A DNA stretch of 64,000 nt. Origin: Cycas panzhihuaensis (taxonomy: Eukaryota; Plantae; Cycadophyta). This document shows, in pieces, positions 52,617-64,000 of the stretch (positions within the stretch are counted from its first letter, which is position 1; the number at the start of each line of letters is the position of its first letter). The position numbers and the translations under genes are program-made. The stretch spans positions 233,189,741 through 233,253,740 of the forward strand of contig CM041465.1 in assembly GCA_023213395.1 (NCBI GenBank), read 5' to 3'. Under the pieces are notes generated by a model. The model was not told the DNA's origin and made no database searches. It worked only from the letters and a program-made list of their open reading frames with translations.

Positions 52617-55600
52617 TATGAGATTTGAGGATTGAATATGGAACTATAATTCACACTTAACTAAGACACACTCGATTCATAAAAAAGATAAGAGAATACC
52701 AAGTAGAATTGGTCTACCTATAACCTTCTAATTTCATTCATTTAAAATGTCCTCTCCATATCATACAATACACATATGATACACCTTAATATATATTTGG
52801 ATTTAGTAATGGTCCATGAAAGAATCTGTAACTAATTAACACTTGTTACATCCCTATGTAGAACCCTAATAACTCACATGACACATGTTACAAGTCTAAT
52901 TAGGACTTTAGTAACCCTTGGTGACTCACACATCACTTTGCCCTTACATTATTTTGTCTTTATATGAATATTAATTCTAATACTCCCCATTAATGCCCAT
53001 ATGATTAATTGAATTTATCAGACTAGCCTATTGGAAAAGTTTTAGGCCTTATTTTTTATTTCAATTTTTCCTTTATCTCAAGCAACTAAGTTTGTTCAAT
53101 GGTCTTTGTGTACCATTTAGGAAATTTGACAAATGGAATGGCCTCTGGTTCCGACTGTATTTCTTGAGTATCTTCAAAATTTTCCTTCTTAATTTCTTCC
53201 TTCTTTAGCCCAATCTTTGGCTTGATAACCTATTGACTCGAAAAACTTGATTAAACCTATTCATTTATTTGCTTTGCTTTGTTTTATCAAATCTTCCAGA
53301 TGTTTAGATCTTAACACTGATCTATTATTTGCTTATTAGTTTCTTTGGAGATGACATCTGCAACTTGTTTGTCATCCTTTTCAAAGATAACCTCCTGAGT
53401 TGTATAAACCTTTGTGGTTATCAACTCGTATATCTAGTACACTTTTATTTCTTCATTATACCCATTAGTCAACTTGCATTTTTGAAAATTTTCCTTTTGT
53501 TGATTTCCATTAATATTATAATCACACATGCCATTTCCTATTCTGAACTTTGGGAGATCATGCACCATATTAAAATTATTCATTAATCGAAAACTAGGGA
53601 AATGTAGATGTTCCAACCTTTCATGCCACAACTGGATCTTATTTACTCCCCTACAGTCAAATATGCTCTTTAGTTTACAAACTTACCTAAGAGCCTATAA
53701 AGATGGTTTTCTCTTATTCCTACTATGATCATTTTGCCTTCATGATTACTGATAATTGCCTTTCCATCTTTGAAGAGAACACTTATCCCATTGTCCTCTA
53801 TCTGACTGAAAGAAATTAGATTCTTCTTTAATCCAGGCATGTACAAAACTTCCTTTATATAATAATCATTATAGTCTAGAGTTATGATTGCAACGTTCCT
53901 AATGACTTTAATAGTCAATATTATGTTGTCTCCTAGATGTACAGTATGCCCAAATACTTTCCACATGTGCTTTAATTAATCAAGCCTACTTTTCATGTGT
54001 TTGGAAGCACCTGAATCTATATACCAGACATCACTGTACCTTTCATTATGTGTTGCCATACTCTGTTGATCAACTACATGCTGTAAACTATCTTTAATTT
54101 TTATCTAATTTGTAAAAATTAAAAATATCTTTCGATATGTCCTATTTTCTTATAGTAATGCTAGGTTCTTTAAGGCATTTTAATTGAGTGGGAAAATATA
54201 CTTATTCCACTCATTTTGATACAAAATGCAACAAAATAACTAAACACTTACAACATAGTAAATATTAAATAGCCCTTACATAACTTACACTTATTTTATT
54301 AATCAACAATGATAAAGAATTCTCAATTACCATGCAAAGTACCAACAAATCCCACTCAATCATCGAACATCACACAAAGAACTAAAACTTGCCCATATAA
54401 CCCTAATTATATAAAGAACACTAAAAGTTACAATATAATAGTGTCATCTGTTTTGACAAGACCTTTTTGTGACTTAGAAAATGGGTTATCCACTTTCAAC
54501 TCATGTGACCGCAGGGCCTAATACCCGAAGAGGGCTTCTCACTTTAACTTAAAATAAAAAACAACTTAATGTAGCTAACATTACAAAATCATAAATATGA
54601 TTTTATTGATCAGCGGATTTTTATCTGATTTGCGTGCCTGTGTTGATTGATTTTCGCATTGAATCGACTCGATTTTTATCACTTCCATCGCCTTTGGCAT
54701 CTTGCAATCATTCTCCTCCTTTGGAAAGCACCTAAGCGAGACACGAGCAGTTTCTTTGTCTCTCTTTAACACGTGGGAATTCGTTCGTCACAGTTTCAAA
54801 TCCTCTTAGCATCTTCTCTGCACGAGATTCCTACGCCCGTCGATATTGATTTGCAACCCCAGAAGATGGAGGAGCTAATGCTCATAATCAGCTACAGGGA
54901 TTCCTCTTTCAATGCTTAGCAAAAGACGGAATGCAGCACCTTCAAATTACTCTTAAATAATGTAATGTGTTGACTGAGGGATGATCCCTAGACGCGGATT
55001 TTGCTTTGCCCGAATGTGCAGGCGAGTTAACGCTCACGCAACTTTGATATCACGCCTATTTCAGAAGCAATAGGTCCACCACAAGTAACAGCACTAATGA
55101 AACATCTGAATAATAGATTATGTCGAGTATTTACCGCCTCTTCTGCACAATATTTGAAGAGGCCAGGCCGTTCCAAAGACAATTGTTTTCAGAGGCGAGA
55201 ACATTAGCAGTGCGGCAGTGGAATCCGTTTCCATTCCAAGATTATTGAAGCTGTTGTTGCTTTTTGGTCGCATCCTCTGTGAAGAGAAACCTCTGTGCTT
55301 TTGTTAACATAGAGAAAAATAATGGTAGTCCGCACGATAATGTGATTTTGGAGGCAGAGGTTATCTCATTCTACAGACCCCGAAAAAAAAAAGTTAGGGT
55401 AAGATCCATAACCACGGTGTCTTTTAAATAAATTCATGGAATATAATGCCTCAACAACATAAGCCTTCCTCGAACTTTCACAAGTTGTAATGTTGTCATT
55501 AATTCACTCCAATCATCAAGGCTCCTCAAGTCTGAACCTTGACGATTACAGGAAATTTCAAACACAAAGCATTTCTCGGACAAAATAAGAATTAACAACC

Positions 55601-56227
55601 CAATAAACAATTCATGGCTGTAGCAATCTATGAAGCGAGTCTTTTTCAGTTGCTTCTTCTTATTTTTTTATTATCAGAGATTCCAACCTTCCTTCGTCAC
55701 CACCATCTCTGTGGCAGCTATATGAGAAGATGATAAACACTCTTCGATATAACTCTTAATAAAAATTGGCAAATTTTTATACACTAATCTCCAATGTTTT
55801 ATGTATTATTAGTTGCAAAATTGATTTATAATCGATAATTGTAATTTACTTTAATACTAAATATGAGATTTGAATATTGAATATGGAACTATAAACCACA
55901 CTCAACTAAGACACACTTGATTTATTAGAAAGACAAGAGAATATCAGGTAGAATTAGTCTACTTATAACCTTCTAATTTTAGTCATTTAGAATGATCTTC
56001 CCATATCATACAATATACATGTGATACACCTCAATATACATTTTGATTCAGTAACACTATATGAAAAAATTTGTAATTGACTGACATTTGTCATATCTCA
56101 ATTTAAGACCCTAATAACTATTATGACACATGTTACAAGTCTATTTAGGACATTAGTAACTCCTGATGACTCACATATCACTTTATCCTTACATTATTTC
56201 ATCTTCATATGAACATTAATTCCAACA
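52617..56227 (-). mobile_element. internally deleted Copia element nested in the pol of another Copia
   Basis: LTRs 52617-52982 and 55862-56227. PPT complement ctcccc at 52983. PBS complement ctttaatacta at ~55849. Minus-strand DVWYIDSGASKHM, VLYMPGLKKNLISFSQ and WHERLEHL (53434-54170). RT absent. Confidence 0.9.
54505..55750. promoter_or_regulatory. CpG-retaining island, candidate unmethylated regulatory region
   Basis: About 42 CpG counted by eye in ~1.25 kb, versus about 8 in 56300-59100. G-box/ABRE cacgtgg at ~54770. No long ORF. Confidence 0.5.
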
Positions 56228-59200
56228 TACTTGAAGACAATGCATAGTTCAAGATGAACAAAATAATATTATAGCTAAGGGTGTCAGGGGAAATAATTTA
56301 TACAAACTAAAAGGACACTCTTATGTACAAAGAGCATTTCTATCTATATCTCCTAAATAGAAGTTATGGCATGAATAAATAAGTCATTTGAACTACACCA
56401 CTCTTCAATTTATATATAAGTTAAACATATTGTATGGTATTTTCATGATAGATAATAAAGGTTGACTATGTAAACTAGGCATATTTAAGAAATAACATAA
56501 AGAACCCTTCTCAAAGAAAAAGGCATTAAGCGCAAAGAAAAAACTAGGATTGATTACCTCAAACATTTGTAGATAAATATTTATTATCACACTAAATAGA
56601 GTGAGATATTTCATTACCTTCATCAATGATTTTTCATGGAAAGTCTAGATTTTTTCACTGAAGAAAAAGTCACAAATATTTATGTATTTTAGACAGTTCA
56701 AAGAAATGATAGAAAATAAAAGAGAGTTAGAGATTAAGGTCTTACAAATTAATAATGGAGGAGAATACACCTCAAACGAATTTACATAGTTCAGTAAGGA
56801 TCATGGAATTAAAAGGTAATTTATTATTATAAAAACAAAGTTGTTGGGAGAATGAATAGAACTCTAGTTAAAAAGGCCAAAGTCATGATGTGAGACAAGG
56901 GTGTAGTGGATTACTTATGGCTAGAAGTTATAAATATAACTACTTATTTGACTAATAGAAGCACTAATAGGGTTGGTAGAAATATGACACCTAAGGAAAC
57001 ATGGTCAAGAAGGAAGCTAACTATAAGTCATCTTACAATTTTTGGGTGTACAATATATATGCACATTCCCAAGGAGAAATGATGAAAGTTAGATGATAAC
57101 AACACAAAATACATCCTTGTTGGGTATTCTAATGAAAGCAAAGCATACAAGTTTTATGAGTTGTCAACTTAAATAGTTGATACAACTCATGATGTAATCT
57201 TCCAAGAAGATGTAACTTAGGTTGTTATTCCAACTAATGTGGAGGACCAAGTTGAGGAGCCATCTAAATGTAGTCTTCACATGATATTATCTAAGCTTGA
57301 TTTTAAACATTATGATACTAGTGAAACAACTGAAATGGAATCATTCCAATTTCTAAAAGCTAATTTTGAGTTAAAGACATAATTGAAAAAGCTTGAAATA
57401 AAGAAGTTCTTAGGTGCAAATCATTCACCTTCATCATTAAAGAAATTATTTGAAAACTATGGAAGATTCTAACCAAATACTACTAGAACATGAGAGAAAG
57501 TGAAACTAAAAAATGTGGTTCTCTGATCATGTAAATATGGCACTTATGGTAAATATGTTGAATGCTAATAAACCATCCATATTTGAAGAAGTATTAAGAG
57601 AGAAGAAGTGGTATGATACCATGGAATCTAAAATTTAAATATTTAAAAAAAATGATATTTAAGATTTGGTAAAATGACCTATTGGCAAGGAAACAATTGG
57701 ATGTAAGCAGATCTACATAATTAAATTCAAAATTGATAGATCTGTAGGTAAATATAAAGTATGACTTGTTGCTAAGGGCTTCGAACAATAAGAAAGAATC
57801 GATTACTAAGAGATATTTGCTCTTCTTGTAAAGATGAATACCATTTGACTCATTATAGTAATAGTTACACAAATCAATTGGCAACTACACTAGATGCATA
57901 TAAAGAGTGCATTTTAAAATGGAGAGTTGATCGAAGAAGTCTACATGGAGTAGCCACCTAACTTTATTGAAAATGATAATGAGTACTTATTATGTTGACT
58001 TTAGAAGGCCTTATATGATGTAAAGTAGGTCTTAGAGCCCGGTATAAGAAAATTGATCAATGCTTTCAATAGAATGGATTTGAGAGATCTCCAACTAACT
58101 CAAACCTATGTATCAAAGTAGAATAGGATAAAATCATATTTATCATATTATATGTTAATGGCTTATTGATCACAAGTAATAATATTAATATTATATCATA
58201 CTTAAAGGTAGATCTTAGTCATTACTTTGAGATGATTGATTTAAAAATTTTATATTACTTCCTTAGAGTGAAAGTATAGTAGAGGCTTGAACATATCTTC
58301 ATCTCATAAGCTAAGTATACTTGGGAAATTCTGAAGAAATTTAGAATGGAAGATTATAAACTTGTACCTACCCCCATAGAGATAGGTTTTAGATTGATAG
58401 CAGAAGATAGTGGAGTAGATGTAGATGCTATATTATAAAGACAATTAGTGGGAAGTCTAATATAGTTGATCACTACCAGACTTGACATATCTTATGTAGT
58501 TAGAATAATATCTAAGTTTATGACATTATCAAAATAAGCAAACCAAAAAGCAACAAAGAGAATATTTAAATACTTAAAAGGAATAATACACCATGGACTC
58601 AGATTCAAATATAATAATAATTTCAAGTTGATAGGATTTATAGATTCTGATTGGGCTAGATGTGTACATATTAGAAGGTTAACCTCTAAATATTACTTAA
58701 GTATGGATTCAAGTATAGTTATATAAAGTACTAAAAGGTGATCCAATGTTGTTTAACCCTCTATTGAAGTGAAGTATAAAGTTGTAGCTATAGCAACTAT
58801 AAAATCCATTTGGTTACATCAGATTCTGGAGGACATGAGACTATAATAATTAGAACTAAACATCCTACACTATAATAATCAAATTACAATAAAGATTTCT
58901 AAAAATCTTATGTTCCATGCTTGTGTTAAACATATCGAGGTGCACCATCACTTTAATTGGGAGTTGATTCAAAAAGATATAATAGAGATAGTGTACATAC
59001 CCATAGAAGAATAGTTGGCTGATATATTTATTAAACCATTGGCACGTGACAAATTCCAAACTCTTAGGGATGGTTTAGGTATAAGAGGAAATGGAATAAA
59101 CATTAAGATAAGGTGTTAGAGTTTAATATATATTTTGAAGGGTCATGGACCCCTCCTCTATTTATTTTTTTATATTATAATATTAGGATTATAATTATGT

Positions 59201-59871
59201 AAAAGTGACAAGTCAATAGGGGTTTATGACTCATACCTCACAACTATTAAATTAGATAAGAATGTTATTTTTAAAAGTATTAGGTTAAGTTGATATAGGT
59301 CATTAATAACAATCAAATTGTAAGAGAAGAGAGTAAAGTAAGGATCATTGATTTAATATAATGTGTGGCTATTATTAAATAGATATTTATCATTGCATGC
59401 CTTATTGCTACATTAGAGCCTAAGGTTTAATCCTTGAGGATCAATTTCTTTGAAGATATTTTAAAGCTATTGAAAAGCTAATTTGAAGCCTATTTTTGAA
59501 CTATTTTGAAGTTATTTTAAAGCTTTTATGAAGTCATAGATATGAACTTTTTTTTATAGAAAAATATAATAGATTTCTTATGTTGAAAAATGTGATTTAG
59601 TGACCCATTTTTTAAGTGTATGTAGGACCCTATAATAATATTATATGTAGATGCTTTGTAAAGGTCATAAATACAATATTTTAAAGTAGAAAATGGAGTA
59701 TATTTTAATCATTGTATAGTATATTCCTTATTGGCTAATAGGCAGGATGTAGAGGAGTTGTGCACAATAGTTAATGGAGTATTTTTAGACCATTTAGAGG
59801 TAAAAAATGACTCCTTGCTGATGAAAAATATTTTTAGTTGATCAATCAATTGAAGGGTTTGAATATAGGAA

Positions 59872-59876
59872 TGTAT

Positions 59877-59916
<40 letters not shown>

Positions 59917-60028
59917 ATGTGCATGTGCATGTATTCTACTTATTTTAAAAAATATAAAATAGTTATTTATGAGTATGCTACTCCTGCATCTCCTTATGAC
60001 TTTTTAAAGTGCCTACAACTTGTAAAAA

Positions 60029-60072
<44 letters not shown>
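59872..60072. repeat. (TG)n and (AG)n microsatellites
   Basis: Visible at 59872-59931 and 60033-60072. Confidence 0.95.
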
Positions 60073-60075
<3 letters not shown>

Positions 60076-62949
60076 TAGATCTACTTACACTTTGAAATAT
60101 GAGGAAATAAAATATGTAGAGCTACTTTCATTTGTGACAATCTAAATAATAAAGAAATTAAAAGTGAGGCCCCTAAAGAGACTGTGGAAGATTAGAGACA
60201 ATAGAGAGAAAGAGAGTAGATTAAAGAAGATTTACATAGCTCTCATAGAGATCACATGCCAACGAACAACCCTAGGGTTTTAAAGACACATATAAAATTG
60301 TTGGAAATGAGTGAGTTCATTGCAGAAAGAAAAGGCCCTTTAAAATGACGAAGATAAAGAAAAGGTAAACTATAAAACCCCCAACTCAAATATAAAGAGG
60401 AGAAAACACATCCAGATAGTTGATGATGTCCTACCCTCTTTCAAAGCTCTGACAGTTAGTCTTGCCCCTAGACTCTTCATAGTAAAGACAACATACATGA
60501 ATGTCAATAATGATAGGTAAGATGATACCATTATAGAGATACAAAAGGAGATCCTAAGTTTTTTTAAATGATATCATTAGGGTAAATATATCCTATTATA
60601 TAACTCTTCAAGAGTTGTGTACTCAAGCTTCATTGGTTAATCTGCATGTCTTTGGGCATGTCTATATTGGAGGATAGTCTTAATGGAGATGTTAGTTAAT
60701 TACACAGTTGGAGAATGAAGACACCACACCATTACTATTGATTTATAAGCTTGCCACCTATCTCATGAAGTCAAACAAAATTTTGATGAATAATCACCTA
60801 AAATCAGAGTCTATATGGAAATCACTCGAACATCATGGTAGCCATATAAATCAGACATGCAAAGGAAAATATTAAAACCTTATTTTATGATGTTAATTTT
60901 TGGCAAACTTTAAAAAAAAAAGTTAAATTATAGATTTTATTATATTTAATAGTTGATTCAAATTTAGCATATGCCAAATTTTATTAGAGCATTTTTTTTT
61001 TTTTCATTTTAAAAAATATAATTAATTATAGTTGATAAATTTTAAAAATTTTAGCCAACTTGATCACTATCCCCCTAGTCACATGATTGTCCTATATGAC
61101 CTCAACATGTCAATAAAAGGAGCTAAGTCCCTATTTTTAGCCCTCTAAGGAGTCACCTTTAATTTTTCAGCCATATCTTAAGTATATAAGCTTTGATTTT
61201 ATATTTGTTAGTTGTATTTGACTCATAATTGATAGCTCTTTAGTTTAGCAAGTCATACAATATAATTTAAAGTTATTTTAAAAGAGAAAATATAGCTCAA
61301 TATAAATACATACACACACACATATAAATTTTTTTAACTTTAATTTTTATGATTTTATTTTATCATTTTTAGGCACATTCATGTATTTTTAAAGGTTTTG
61401 TTATATTTGTCGTTTATTATATTATTATAATGTATACCAAATAAGGGGGTAAAATGTAAAAACTTATCATATAAGCTTATTTTAGGGTATCAAAAACTTA
61501 TTTTACATTCAATTTATCATTAGAGTGGGTCATTATTTATTGAATTTGAGTCACATCTATTTTTTAGTCATGTTTATGACATGTATTATTAGACATTGTA
61601 ATATATTAAGGTAATTGTAAGCCTATAAAGGCAATTTGAGGCCATAGTGCCTTTGTAAGGCCATAAAGCCTTATGTGTTTAGCTATTGATACTAAATAAT
61701 TTCTTATATTGTCATATATTTGTAAGAAGTGGGACCTTTTTTAAATTACTCTTGTATATTTCTTCTTTAGCTTATTTGTTGGCCATATAGGATAACATGT
61801 CTCTTAAGGGAAGCTGACTTAGCATTGACTCTACCACATACACAAAAGAGCATCCTAATTGACCAATGATCACAGTGGTTAATTAACCATATGATCTAGT
61901 AGATGGAGTTCACTTTATATAAATATCAATAATAATAATATATTATTGTAGTAGCTTATGTTCCAATAAATTTTAACACTAAATTGTATTATTTTAATGT
62001 GACATATTATTTGATATAATTGTTTACTACAAGGGAGAATTACATGATTAACCCCGTTTATAAGCTCTTATATTATTATATTATGTATTCATAGTCACAT
62101 CGATTTATGTGCTATATTAAAATGTATAACAACACACAATGGTTGACCTTTGAGGGTTCTCATATGTGGTGAGTTATATTATAAGGATGTTAATCATCAT
62201 TCTTATAATTTTAAGTTTAATTATTCTTCCCAATTCTTATTATACTTAAACTTATATATACTTCATTCTTTTGTGCTTCATTTCATTATTTTACACTCAC
62301 ATCATTTGTTATTATTAGTCTAATGTTAAGTCCATTGTCATGCTTCCACCTTATTCCAATATAGCTTCAATAACTTATTCTTTGGTTAATTTGTAGCTAT
62401 ACTTTAACATATTAATTTTTATTTCAAATTATTTAGCTTAGTTAATAGGTTTGAATGCTAGTTATTATTATAGTTTAGTCTTTGATTTTCTTCATAATAT
62501 CTTTCTTCTTTTTCTAAGCATAAAGTTGATAAATTAAGTTCTTTAGTTGTGTTGATCTACTTAGGATATTAACCTATATACTTTTCTTCCTCTTTTATTT
62601 CTTGTCTCTTTCTCATCCTCTAAAAGAACACTTAGTATTTTATGTAATTAAATTATGCTAACATACTCAAGTCATTAAGTTATTATCTCTTTATTTCTAG
62701 TATTCTCCTACCTCTTTATGCTTTTGGGTTTATATAGAACTCATTGTTGGAACTTTAATATTACCAACCACTCTTAATAAAAGAGAATCATCTCTACTTA
62801 AATAAAGGGTCTTCTTACCCCTTACTATTAAGCTTAGTTTTTGAACTAGCTTTTGGACATTTGTAGATTGGTCTATCATTCCAGTTAGGAATTTTTTGAA
62901 TGGTTTAAATATTCAGAGCAATAAACTCCTACTTTAATGGTACCTATGA

Positions 62950-64000
<1,051 letters not shown>

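Larger units (their letters stand above)
49001..59412 (+). mobile_element. decayed Ty1/copia LTR retrotransposon
   Basis: LTRs 49001-49357 and 59114-59412. TSD tcaga/ttaga. Gag from 51360 (KKLIGPENYTVWK), zinc knuckle ~52115, protease ~52340, integrase ~56500-57200 (NNGGEYTS), RT ~57600-58600, RNase H ADIFIKPL ~59020. Confidence 0.93.
48600..62361 (+). mobile_element. non-coding host LTR element split by a Copia insertion
   Basis: LTR copies ~48600-48987 and ~61980-62361 share gttgacctttgagggttctca and catgcttccaccttattc. The PBS tagtatcaga|gcc is split between 49000 and 59418. Left LTR starts are approximate. Confidence 0.85.

Noticed and set aside
54505-55750. conserved miRNA precursor (partial miR167/168/396/399-like words)
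   Set aside because: Only short partial matches, with no full mature sequence and no long fold-back seen.
59709-60078. HT-, CV- and ER-repeat ORFs
   Set aside because: Dinucleotide repeat artefacts.

Overview
AT-rich, strongly CpG-depleted plant intergenic DNA, probably from a large gymnosperm-type genome (inferred from repeat content and mutation spectrum, not proven). I see no intact host gene. Most of the window resolves into nested retroelements. (1) A deleted Tat/Ogre-like Ty3/gypsy element (~6.2-15.1 kb). (2) A nest at 16.2-31.2 kb: a TRIM-like host, a small non-coding LTR element, a full-length L1 LINE with RNase H, a tRNA-derived SINE and a Copia. (3) A minus-strand non-autonomous LTR element (31.3-37.8 kb) that carries a histone H2B pseudogene and has a small chromovirus derivative nested in its LTR. 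(4) A full-length decayed chromovirus (39.5-45.1 kb). (5) A three-level nest at 48.6-62.4 kb whose innermost element holds a ~1.25 kb island that kept its CpGs. The most notable observations are the LTR-borne H2B cargo, the CpG island, two LTR insertions that land inside a host primer-binding site, and an inverted target-site copy at the L1 5' junction. Boundaries backed by TSD/PBS/PPT are precise; the others are approximate.
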